In this document: one piece after another, positions 13,610 to 26,500 of the stretch
Layout of the letters: each line of letters opens with the position of its first letter
Position numbering within the stretch: position 1 is the first letter of the stretch
Source of the DNA: Azolla caroliniana
Taxonomy: Eukaryota; Plantae; Polypodiophyta
Assembly (NCBI GenBank): GCA_043228905.1
Contig: JBHGNT010000003.1
Coordinates: 620,001-684,000 of the forward strand
Direction of reading: 5' to 3'
Length of the DNA stretch: 64,000 nt
The notes under the pieces: generated by a model
What the model was told of the DNA's origin: nothing
Seen by the model: only the letters and a program-made list of their open reading frames with translations
Databases searched by the model: none
Made by a program: the position numbers and the translations under genes

Positions 13610-16600
13610 ATGAGTATGAAAATCGTAACATGGAACGTCCAAGGACTCATGAATCGACTAGACCAACAAAACAAATGGAAACTAAGAAGGGATCTTGAGG
13701 AATATATATTAGGGGGTGTTGCTGACATAATCATGTTGCAAGAACACCACCTCGATAATACTCGTTCAAAGGAAGTCAGAGACCTTCTACCATGATCATG
13801 GCGAACAATTTGGGAGCCAACAATAGGGGAGGATGGAAATCATGGTGGTATTTGCACTTTGATTCGAGAACATCTAGCCCAAGGCTTAATACATCAAGAA
13901 TCACTTATACCTGGTAGGGCACATTTTTGCATGTTGGCCATCCAAGGGCAACACTGAAATTTCATGAATGTTTTATGCTCCAAATAGTAGCATAGAAATG
14001 GCAACATTCAGGGAGCGCAGTCGCTTACAAGTAGCAGGTGTGGATGACTAGTGCATTGGAGGGGATTTTAATATGATCGAATCCCTTCACGATAGCTCTA
14101 GCAACAATCCCATTGTTATACAAGGAAGGGAACGAAAACAATGGGAGAAGTTATGTCTACACCTTAACCTGAGAGATCTATGGCACTCGGACAACTTCCA
14201 ACGAAAAAGGGACTCACTCTTATTCTCCTGATCAGATGGGCGAAATAGTGGACCCACCATATCTCACATTGACTGCATTTTTGTAGGCGAGGCCCTAGAA
14301 GCGAAGGGAGGGTGGTGCCGCATAACTCTTGGCACAACTTTCTCTGACCATTACCAAGTAATTGATCACTTTCAATTACACGGAAAGTGGGGCCCATTTC
14401 AACCTCAAATCCCGCACACTATCTACGCAGTCATAGAGGTGAAGGAACAACTCGCCAACCAATGGTCATTACTGGTCAATGCCTCATTAGCATCTGACAA
14501 ACTTCTAGCTAAATTAACAAGAGTTGCAACTCTACTACACAAGATTGTCAAGACCAGAAGCAAGGAAGCTCAGGAAAAGTGACAAAGAACAAAACGGGGA
14601 TTAATAATCTTACAATGACTCCAACAAAGATACTCGTCATGTAGTTGGATTGCAGGACAAGTTGTCATGGCCAAACATGAACTCATCATGGTGGAAAAGA
14701 CAATCTATGACATGGAGTTTCATGGAAACATGGCTTGATGGATTCGAGTAGGGGACAAATTCACGAGGGGATTCTTCCGATCCAAGGGACTAAGGCACGC
14801 TAGAACAATGATGTGTAGCCTCAACCGAGAGGATGGAACGATCACTGAGGATGACGACGAAATGAGGATTATTGTCACAAGTTACTACAAGCGACTACTT
14901 ACCGAAGATAATATGGCCACAAGGGATGACACATGAGAAGATATTATCCTCCAGAGCATACCCGCGAAAGTCACGATGGAAATGAATACATGGCTCGTGC
15001 GTCCCTTATCAAACATCGAGATATGGGAGGCCCTCTCCGATTTGGATGTAGATAGTTGCTCCAGAATCGATAGACTCACTCCTCACTTTTTCACGTGCCT
15101 TTGGGACACTATTAAAGAAGACCTCCTCCAGGCATATGAGGAGATAATCACCTCTGGAAACATGCCGAAGGAATTTGGACAGGGGATGATACATCTCATT
15201 CCTAAAAGTGGTGGGAGTGTCAATGACATTAGTAAGTCGCGGCCCATAACTCTTCTCAATACTGTCTATAAGTTGCTTGCAAAAACCGTGGCACGCCGCT
15301 TAGCACCACTTCTCCCTCAACTCATTCATCCGTCCCAGACAGGTTTCGTTAGAAATTTGAGTATCCTAGACAACCTTTTCTCGTTTTGGGAAGCAGTAGC
15401 CCTTGCTAAGTGTACCAACAACAAGGTAGCTATGGTGCTCCTAGATTTTGAGAAACCATATGACAGGGTATGCTGGAACTTTCTAGAAAGTGTGATGGGG
15501 AAACTCGGCTTTCAAGAGTCATGGATCCAAGGCATTACAAGACTTTATAGGAACACCAACAGTTGTGTTTTATTAGCAAGTGAAAGGGGCCCCTTCTTCC
15601 GACTATCGTGGTCTGTACAATAGGGATGCCCACTAACTCCATCCTTATTTCTATTATACGCCGAAGCACGCTCTAGCTTTCTCAACTCGCGACAACTAAA
15701 CCTATGCGGTCTTCGTGTGCGGCATTCTCACCAAAGCCTCCTAGATATAGAATTTGCAGATGACACCGCAGTCTACCTACAAGGGGACTTGGAAAAACTA
15801 CAAAAGCTAGAAAGTGGTTTAGATGTATTTTGCAAGAGATCCAATGCCATGATCAATTGGCACAAATCCTGTGCAATATGGCTTTCTCATGAAGCACATC
15901 TTGTGTGGCACCCCCATCCCGCTTTCAAGTGGATTAATCAAGGAGCGAGCACCAAATATTTGGGTTTCCAAATTAGGTTCAGCATACCTCCGGAGACTAT
16001 GATTGCACCAATTATTCACTCCATTCGACAAAAGCTAATACATTGGAGTTCGAAAAAACTCTTGCTAGCGGGGCACATCATAGTGGCAAATCAGGTATTA
16101 CTCGCAATAGCGTGGTACAACCTATCATGTTGGACAATCTCCAAGGAAAGTATACACCAGATTCAACGATTGGTATTCAACTACATTTGGTCTGGTAAGG
16201 AAGATCATGCAACTCGGGCCAAGGTGGCGTGGCCTATACTCATATCACCTAAGTCGAGAGGAGGATTGGGTCTTATTGATCCCCTCTCACAATCAAAAGC
16301 CCTACTCGCCAAATTTGTGGTGTGAGGACTCCAACCAGGGAATGATTGCTGGAAACTGTTGTTGCGGTTACGGTTCGCTTACTTTAAGCAAAGAAAAGGG
16401 ACCAATTAGGACCCCCAAACTGGATGGATTCTAAACATGGAGCTCAAACCTAGTTTCTCCTACCAATTGGAGGATAGATTCAGTGCATCCATGTGGAAGG
16501 CATGGTGTGACATTAGACGAGGGCTCAAGTGCGATCAACCTAACTCTGAACCTTCTTGGCTCAGTCAACGTATCCTATGGAACCCATGTATCAGAGATGA

Positions 16601-17975
16601 AATTATCTAATCAATTAATTGGATCAAGTAAGGGGTTGTCATGGGGATACACTACGGAAGGTCCAGGAAAAAGTATAGAATGTTGGAGACGGTTTATGTC
16701 ATTGCCAATACAAGACCAAGCCAACATACTCCATGGAATCAGGGGCGGATGGGTTATGAGATCTGAAATCATCAATGCTTTACTGATTAGGGAAGCTGCT
16801 CATCAAAGGACGACAATAGAGAAATGGATAAGCTACGAGGAGGAGGGTTCTTTGATCCCCAAGAGGTAGGGAAACACCAGACAGGATCGCAAGCTCTGAA
16901 TTGCAAGACAATGAGACACCAACACATAATAAGGCAATTCGAGTACTAGCGTTTACTGGGCATAAATGGATTGTAGATCTTGATCCTGTCAAAGTACAAC
17001 CAGATTGGCACATATGTACTCACAAAAACACATGGCCACGTAAGGTTAGTTGGGACCCTTTGCAATGGACATGGCATGATCCTTACGCGGGGCAAGGAAG
17101 CAAACCCATCCCTTTCTTTCAATTCACAACTAGATTGGGTCGCCATATTCTAGCTGCTCAAACCGCCCGAGAGCCGGATGTTGCAAAGGTCTGGCACACA
17201 TATTAGGTTCCTCACACAATTATCATCAAGTTTTGGAAAAAAATATGGAAACAACAACACGCACGACAAATCACCACTTTCCAATGGCTATTAATACATA
17301 GGTTATTACCGGTTGGTGCATGGCAGTGTGGGAACCTTAGCTCTCCTAATTGTGCAGTGTGCCCCAATGCAATAGAATCAATCTGTCACGCTTTGTGGGA
17401 CTGCCTAGAGGCCCATCGAATATGGCAGGGGGTTGGTCACTTATTGCGATTATGCCAAGTGCAAGGCTTAATCATGTGGGAAAATATATGTTGGTTATCA
17501 TGACAGGCCCCAATTGACATATACGAGCATCAAGAGGGGATGGCTTTGGTGATAAAAGCATAAGAGATTTTTTTCTCCACCATCGACAATGTCCACTCAA
17601 CTCCTATCAATGTCAAATCTCAAGTTGTGTTGGAATTGGTCAACCCAATAACTCTTTGGACTCTATGGAAACAGCGATGTAGACGGGTCTTCTCCAACCA
17701 ACAATGTTAATGCAAGAGATATGGAGTGAAGTTGTAGCCACTCTAAAAAGCCAATATGATGGCCTCAAGGGCGACTCCGATAGAGTTGAAAGACAACGAC
17801 TAGCCTTCATCCAGAAATGGTCGACCTCCCCCTTTATTGAGTCGATGGGCATCCACATAAGGTGGACCTATCGCGTCCCTCCATGAATTTGTATATATTA
17901 ATCTCATATGTAAAATTTTATAACTAATGGAAGGAGTTTTGTTTGGAAAAAATAAAATAAAATAAAATAAAAAAT
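13610..17975 (+). mobile_element. Degenerate L1-clade LINE, ORF2 (APE endonuclease-RT-Zn finger) with A-rich tail
   Basis: Endonuclease motifs: MKIVTWNVQGL, IMLQEHH, GGDFN, SDH. RT motifs: RPITLLNTVYKLLAK, LDFEKPYDRV, *GCPL, FADD. C-terminal CAVC..ES..HALWDC. (AAAAT)n tail at ~17947-17975. Many stops and frameshifts. ORF1 remnant probably lies at ~12800-13600. Confidence 0.92.
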
Positions 17976-19599
17976 GGCTCCTAGCATCAAAAATTGCATC
18001 AAGCACATGGTTTGCAAATCCTTCCAAATTTGTGATTAAATCATTTAGGTAGTTATAGCTTTTGCAAATTACAATAAGGGGGATTAAATCCAAGTTACAC
18101 AATTTATAGTACTTTTGTCTTTTACAGAAGGTGAGGGAATTGAAAGGAAGAAATGTATTAGGGGAATATCCTTGAGTTTTGGCATGGCAAGTCTACAATT
18201 GACAACAAGTCACCTTGGTCATCATAGGCCTCCCACACACCCTTGTGATTCATTATCCCATAATCTTGTTTGTCAACAAAGTTTAGGCGCTCTACTCCCA
18301 CATTTTTTGAACTAAAAATTGAGTTGTCTTTGTCATTCAATTGATTTCAAGAACTCTCTTTTCATATAAACAATAGTGTTGCCTCTTTTCATGTGCATCA
18401 CTACTTTTTCTTTTAGCATGCACTTAACCTTATCCTCACAGGAATGCCTAATGCCAACAAAATGTTCATTGACATGTCTATATGTACCTCTCACTTTGTT
18501 GACATCCCTTATGCATTGTGACTTGTCTTTTTCCTGTGTTGCCCTTAGTGTGGTTCACTCTTGACCCTATAGGCTATTGTTCTAATGGCTAGCTCTTTAC
18601 ATTTGAGATACATGATAATGTTGATTTAATCTTCATCTCCTTTGTTTTTCTTCCATTGATCACTTTGACCATTATCTCAAACTTGGCCTTTAGACACTTT
18701 TCTCCCTTTCCCACAATCCACATTACAACGACATTACAACTCTTTGAGTTATATCATGGTCACCATGGGCCTCCCATGTGCCCATGATTTGTTGCATTGG
18801 ATATTTGGTTTGTCATCATAACTCAAGAATCATAAACAATAGTTTGCAAAATATATATTTTACAAAATATATAATCAAGTATGGGATTGTATTGAAGATG
18901 AAATTGTGCATCAACTTTGGCTTAGGTTACCTAACCAAAATTTCACTTTAAAACATATGAAATGGATGCATCCTTTGAACAATATGGTTATCATTTTGAC
19001 ATAGTAGATGTTGATAATTGAGCGTAAGTGTATAGCTGTAACAAATTATGTGGGAGGATGAAGACCTTTATAAGTTAACTTGTAAAATGCTCATGAAGTA
19101 TTATTGCAATATTACTTTTCTTGAAGTTATTTCATGTTAAAGGTTGGATGGACTTGATCAATTCGGTAAAAGTGGACTGCAAAGTAATAATTTTTCATTA
19201 ACCAAACATAATGTCACTTGTTTGTTGGTAGGTAGGGTGGGTTAAAACAACCACATCTTGAAATTGCCTTCACAAAGAATATCTATTTGTGTTGATGTAT
19301 AGCGTGGGCAAAAAAAAGAATTTGGACCTACTTGTATACATGCCATTAAGTTTACCGCAAAATTGGAAGATTCCATTAACCGTATGACATTTTGAGAATT
19401 GTGCATTGACACTTTAGATGATTGGCACATGTTATAATTATGCCTTTTCAATATAATGTATCATAGCTTAAATGCTCCAAAATCTAATTTAAAGCATGAA
19501 AATCTACATTTTAAGCTTAATCTACTAAATCTCCAATTCTATTTTCAATAATATATAATCACTTTACTTCAATTTCCTTCAGTTTTTTATTGCCTTTTC

Positions 19600-20080
19600 T
19601 ACAACATGTCCCAAACTTGAGTCCAAAATTCGCCTACTACTTGGTCAAACATTACAAGTCATGTATGACTATGTGCACCTAGAGTGTGTTACTGCTCAAC
19701 AATGGATATGGTCAAGCTGGATGTCCATAGCATTCAAACATATAGCACATGTAATGTCAATCCGTAGTACAAAGATGATTGTGGTAAGACTCCAAAAATG
19801 TAGGTCTTGGTTGGGTGAAGGAGAGCTCTTCATTGATCGATGTGAGCATGGGTATTATTGATATACTTCTTCACAAAAAAAGCATGTAATGGTTAGCTGT
19901 CCGTATATTTTGTGGAGATGGAAGTTATGTAAACATTTTTGTCCAAGATGGATCTTATTCAACACAATGTTTATTTGTACAAAAAGCAAATGTTATTAAT
20001 TATACAACAAGTAGAAAATCTTGTTGGCTTCAAACATTGATGATAATAAAAGAACCATAGGTCTAGATATCAGGTAGTTA
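19600..20080 (+). mobile_element. Possible KDZ (Kyakuja-Dileera-Zisupton) transposase remnant
   Basis: Broken frames give LGEGELFIDRCEHGYY, ..LA.PYILW and QLYN..NLVGF, in the order expected for the KDZ core (LDExG+F...CRHG...GER..YP...C...G.G..DGE). Heavily degenerate. Confidence 0.3.
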
Positions 20081-23000
20081 TAAAGACAATCAATGCTAAT
20101 CAAATCAAATCTATGTAGTATCGACCAGTGTAAAATTTGGAAAAAAAGCTTATTAAATTGATAAGAGATTTGAATGTAAATGAAACTTTATATACATATC
20201 CCTATGGATTAGTATGAGAGCTCAAAGAAAGAAAGAGAAATTAAGAAAACACATAAGTCTTTATATGAGGGAGATGTGATGAATCTTCTTGTACACTAAA
20301 ATTGGAACATTGATGCTCGATGCAACATCTTCTAGGCAAAAAGGGTATATTCGCAAATGAGGAATATTTGAAAAATCTTGTGCATTGAAGTATTCCGGTT
20401 ACATGATATTTAAAGAAATTGCAAGTTCTATTTATTTACTTCTATTTACTAAGAAAAATCAACTCCAAGGACATCACAAAAGAAATACATATAGATGTTG
20501 GGATTTATTCAAATAAGAAAACCATGAAAATGAAGCCCCTTTTTTCCTATGAAAGTTATTGCTAACCTAATGACCCTATCCTTGAAGTTTGGATAGGTCG
20601 GACAATGTTTTTATACATTCATTTTTCATAATTACAATTCCATGACCCAATATATAGTAAAAGTATATATAGAAATAGATCATGCTTGTGTGCTTCCTTC
20701 ATGGAGTTGCTCCAAGAGTTGCAATATACAAAGTTGCTTCAATAATTTGAGAATTTAAAATCTTTCATATTCTTTCTTTCTTTTTGGCTAATTATGGAGT
20801 TTTACATCATTTGACGTGTGTACCATCATAAAATGGACAGATAGTAGGCACAAAGATTTCAAACTTATGGCTTTGATCAAATTTGAAAATAAAACAGATG
20901 ACCAATAACTCAAAACTATATATCCTTAGTTAGAATCATGACATGATTTCCAAGATAAGATGTTTGCAATCAATTACTTTAGTTGCGTGATATAATATAC
21001 ATTTCTTAGTCTAAGCATCGACATCATTTGAATTATGCATCGTGAGGATTTGAACTCACAGACACATACACACTAAATTCCACACATACACACTTAAACT
21101 CACAACTATGAGCGCTATCATGTCATAATTCGAAAGGGAGGGAGCTCAACGAGATTTTCCATTGTCTAATGCTTGGCTCAAAGATTGGGAAACACTTAAT
21201 TGGTCCAAAGGCATATAAACATATCAATAAGTGATCCATAATTTAACATCACATTTATATGAATAGTTGGGAAACCTTCCTTAGAGGTCACTGTATCATG
21301 TATTGTCTTTAAGCTTGTACATTAGCTGTAAGATTTCCACACTCCAAAACCTATCTCTACCCTAGCCAACTTGAACAAACCACGCAATCTACCACCTCCT
21401 CCACCATACAACTATGTGTGCACACACCCACAAATAAACTAAGAAAAAGAGTAAGTTTGAAGAGGTTCCATTTGATAATTATTAAGAAGAATTTATTGGG
21501 ATTTTCCTTATTACATTGATGATATAGTCTTACATAAGAATTGCAACTTTCAAATAAATTGGATTTATTGAATGTGTACGTATAATATAGAGTGAATATC
21601 CATTACAGATTTCAACAATCATTGTCTTACGGATTCCATGATTGCATGCACATGACTAATGTGTTCAATTCTATAGGTTAAACATGCAAATGTACAAAAA
21701 AGTGGTATATGAGGACTTTTCATCTAAACAATTTGATCATGAACTTTTCTTGGAAAATTATGAGTTTGAAGAACCATATAACACCATACAATTGGGATCC
21801 TTAGGTCACACACATTGATGTGCATTGTTCTCGGAAAGGTATCCTCATGCACTAAAATGTTAGTCAAATACTTGTTATTGTTAGTTGGAAATATTTACTT
21901 AGGTCCACAACCAAATCCAAAATAATACATTGATTTGATTAAAAAATCTTATAGTGTGAAGCATTCTCTCTATCATTTCATACTTAATCATGCATGGAAA
22001 TGGATTTAGGTCAATAGGATAGGCAAAGTTTCCCCAAACACTAGGTATGCGTGTAGTAATTGTTTATGAGTTGAACTCACTATGTTCGAAAACATAAAGA
22101 CTTAATTTGAATATTGCAAGTGTTTAGTGCACAAACATAACTTTGTCATTTGGGAGTCCCCGCATTTGCATGTTGATGTATTTTTGTCCATGCAAGACAT
22201 GAACCTATGTGGTTAATATGGACTCTTTAAATATGTAGAGCTTATAGGATATCTTATGTGCATTGAACATTCAACAACCAATAAACTCACAAAAAAAATA
22301 TCGTGATAATAAGATAGTGTAAGGATCACGAATAACTCATTGGAATTCTTGGTGTACATTGAATATTGTGTTGCATGAGAAATATAAATTTAGATAAGTT
22401 GAATGTGTACCTATATTAGACAAAAATATCCCACTTGAAAAACATGCTTCATTGTTGCAAACTTGCATGTATATCATTATGTGCAACTCTAAAGATGATT
22501 GAGAAGGACACTCACTAAACAAACATATTTGAGGAATATTTATAGGAGCAAGATGCTTGAGAGGATTATAAGGTTGCGGTGCTACACCAACACAATTACA
22601 TGTTGTAGATCATGTATGAATTTGGAGCCTCTGTGTGTGTGTGTGTGAAATGTTTAGGAAAAATATTCTACTATTCACTAAAGCATTCATCGACCTTGTC
22701 AATTGAAATTAATGATCAAACGAAACATCAAAACCCAAAATAACCAGATAAAAAACATTATGCTAAAATTCATGTAATTGGTTGGTGGATGTCCTCGCTA
22801 TTTCCTACGGTTTAGTTCATGGACAAAAAAAGTGGAACTCGGCGGATTTGCAAAGAATTGATTTACGAATACTTGGTGTGGCAAATGTGCATGTGTGTCA
22901 AGGGAGTAGTGCTTATATGCTATGTGGAATTGAATAGGAGAAAGAAATATATGTAGTTTTGGGAGGGGGTGTTATAATTGTAAGCATCCAATTGGATGTT

Positions 23001-23205
23001 CAAAAATTTGTGCCAAAAAACTTCCTTTTTTTTATGGGGATTTGAGGGTGGTAAAGGGCCGCTCTATCAAACCCAACCCCACCTTTATACCTATAAGAAG
23101 CTCTCGTTTTAACTCTTTCACCCTTCAAAAACAAATTGCTCTCCCTCCCTCACTCTCACACCCCTCCAACTCAACACTAATCAAGCATCTCCCTTCCAAC
23201 ACAAC

Positions 23206-24619
23206 ATGGTTTCTTCTATTGGAATTAAGAGGTATCGGGGCGTTCGGCAAAGGCAGTGGGGCTCTTGGGTCTCCGAAATTCGGCACACCACCTCGTAAGC
23301 ATTCGAGATTCAAGTCTAACTCTTTTTTATTGCTACCCATCTAATGTACTCATCAATCATTTCCATGAGAATTTGTTTCTCTCTTTTGTTAATATACCGT
23401 AGTGTCCTTAATTTAAGTTTCATTGTGACAATGAAATATTATTAATCATGTTCCATTTTCTAATTTGTGCAAATGTAGGAAGACGAGGATTTGGTTGGGT
23501 ACATTTGACACCGCAAAAAAGGCAGCCAAAGCATATGATGAGGCTGCTCGTTTAATGGATGGCATAAATGCAAAAACGAATTTTCCACTCTCATCATCAT
23601 CATCTCGTAATGCATCATCATCAAGTTGTTTGCTCTCTCCATCGGTGAGAGCAAAGTTAATGCATTGCAATAATTGCATTGATACACTAGTTAGCCCAAC
23701 ATCTAATAACAATAGTAATATTACGCGATCCAAGGCTAAATATGTAACTACATATGCACAATGTTCGAAGGTTACATCACTACAATGTCATGGGAGGTCA
23801 AATATCAGCCATTTGATTACTACTAGGTGCAATGTTCGTGGAAATGGCCATCATGATGTTCACGATGACAATTCAACAGACAACCACCCAGAGGTTTACA
23901 ACAATACGCTTGGTCGACAACTCATTAGTCAGACTACTAGTAAACAGACATTGGTTTGTCTTCGGCTCGATGATGTTGAAGATCGTTTGGGTGTGATGTG
24001 GCATGCTAGCTCAGACCCAATGCCTCATTGGGTCACAATGCTTCACGTCCCATCCACCACCACCACTACTACAACTACAAATTATAGTCCACCCTCATCC
24101 AGAAATATTCATCGTTCTAGTAACTCGATTAATGATAATTCCTTGCCAGATTCCGAACTTGATCAATATAATTACAACTCAATTGATTCTCCACTTTCAT
24201 CTTATAACAATATAGAAAATACAAGTATGGAGGATCATCTCATTAACTTACCTCTAGGTGATCATGATGATGCGATATATCCACTACCACTACCACCACA
24301 TTGTTATCATAATGATAATAGTGACCAACATTATATAATAAGTAACCATGATACTACTAACGATGTACTTCCCACTTCAACTCCTCATTTGGCCTCTATT
24401 TCTGCAGCTTTGAAGTACCTTGCTCAAGATGATAACCTATTAATGCCCTCTTACAATAACATGATTGACAATGATGCTTCAATATACACACTCATGCAAA
24501 ATTGTGACCCTCATGAATATAATATTAATACCACCTTCCCATTTCTCGTTGCTAACTCCTCTCTTGATATGTGCCATGATCTCTACATTCACGAGGACAG
24601 ACTATGGCATGAAGAATAA
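23206..24619 (+). CDS. AP2/ERF transcription factor, SHINE/WIN1 (ERF group V)-like, 2 exons
   Basis: Exon 1 23206-23294 ([30 protein letters not shown]), GT-AG intron at the group-V position, exon 2 23479-24619 ([32 protein letters not shown]). Middle motifs [10 protein letters not shown] and LVCLRLD...LGV.W are typical of the SHN clade. Confidence 0.9.
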
Positions 24620-25877
24620 ATAACGCTACTACTAAAGTTAGAGCTAGACCCATTAAGTAATGTAGGGTGTACCTATAAAGGGTAACATATCAAACAAGAG
24701 AAAATGTTTTGATATCTTTAACCACTTTTGTTACATACAATTGTACTAGGCTTTTTGTGCCTTGAAAGATATGGTTGGAACATGTTGTAACTTGTAATTA
24801 TCAATCAAACCTTTCAACATCTTGTGCTATTTTTTTATGTTTGACCTATTAATGTGTCCAAAAGGACACCTAAATGTGAGCTAGTGCATGTCGTAAACAA
24901 TGTCATTTAGGTGTGAGCCATTTGCATGTTTCCCTTATGCATTTTTCATATGTATTTTTTTCTCATTAAAATACAAATATATATGCAATCCTCACATGGA
25001 GGAGAATGTGATGTTTTAGCATATCATATGCAAAGTTTGACAATTATGTTGTTGTAGATTTATACCTTCTTTTTGTTTTTTAGAATCAAATGATTTGTCT
25101 AGAAACGAGTGGAATGATCCTTGCTTGGCGTATTGGTGACATGTCGTTAGGGCATAGTTGAAAGAAATAGTACATGATATGTATATCATATACATAAGTA
25201 AGTACCCACTACTTTGAAGAATGAAAACTTATAATTATCCCTTGTTATCAATGTCGTGGAGAATATTTGATTGTGAGGAATTTACTTAGTACAATAAGTT
25301 GTTCGCTTCTCCACAATGTGTTCATTTTTTTTTCCCAAAAAGAAGCTACTTTCCCATTAGTTAGGCCACAATATGTTCATTAACATGTGGATCAATCTCT
25401 TCTTACATTAGAGGAGAGTGAGACAAACTTAAAACTTATATTCCCCAAAGTTGAAATTATTGTCTGGATAGTTAGGCCATGGGTAGTAATTAAACAATAT
25501 CATAGAGTGAATGAGTAGGAAAATTATGTGCATTGTATTCAACAAACGTTGAAGCATGCCTAGGAGTGGTTGTTTTGTCAACAAACACTGAAGCATGCCT
25601 ATGAGTCTCCACATGTTCACTTGTTTCAACAACTCGTACAATATTTGTATATTTATGTGTATGGTTTTTTCCGAAGAAAGATACACAAGAACGTCTTTCT
25701 TAATGAATTGAGGAGGTCATGTACATATGTACTTGCAGATGCCCACACACACGCACACACACTCCACATACATAAATCAGTATGTACTTGCATATACATA
25801 CATACATACATACATACAACAAATGGTGGGAATACCCCTCTCCATGGTTGCAAAAAGGGAGGAGGGTATATTTGTTT

Positions 25878-26190
25878 GGGAAAAGTACCAGGATACCCCT
25901 GGAAGTTCGTCTACTTACCATAATGCCCATGAAAGTTCCAAATTTACCATACTACCCCTATGTCCAAAAAAATACACTTTATAAAGTAATTATAAACTCA
26001 AATCTACAAGCCCTATTTACTAAAGATGGAAGAAATGGACCCGAACTAGCCCTATTTACCAAAGATTTGAGTGTATAATTACTTTATAAAGTGTAATTTT
26101 TTGGACATAGGGGTAGTTTGGTAAATTTGGAACTTCCAGGGGCATTCTGGTAAATAGACGAACTTCCAGGGGTATCCTGGTACTTTTCCC
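25878..26190. mobile_element. Mutator-type MITE (313 bp, ~128-bp TIRs, 9-bp TSD)
   Basis: TIRs at 25878-26005 and 26063-26190 (GGGAAAAGTACCAGGATACCCCTGGAAGTTCG.../...GGTATCCTGGTACTTTTCCC). Perfect TSD TATTTGTTT at 25869-25877 and 26191-26199. Confidence 0.95.
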
Positions 26191-26199
26191 TATTTGTTT

Positions 26200-26376
26200 T
26201 TATGTATGACTAGATGTGTATTCTGGTAGTAATGGAAAATACAGGGTATCCTGGTAAGTATGAATATACAGAGAGAGGTATTATGGTAATTTTGGAAAAT
26301 ATAGAGAAGGGTAATCTGGTAATTCAGACAAAATCCTGGACAGGGGTATTTCGGTAATTATGCTAAACATTTTCCC
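26200..26376. mobile_element. Older Mutator-like TIR remnant into which the MITE inserted
   Basis: Repeated GG(G)TAT(T/C)CTGGTAA-like motifs shared with the MITE TIR, ending in TTTTCCC at 26376. Similar GGGTATA sequence lies just left of the MITE TSD. Confidence 0.55.
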
Positions 26377-26500
26377 GAATCTCTCTCTCTCTTTCTCTCT
26401 CTCTACGAACAGTAGCTCAAAGAATCGATCACGCGTCTGATGATCGTCAAGTCGATCCATTCTTCTCGAGAGCAGTTCTATTTTCATCGCAGAGAGATTA

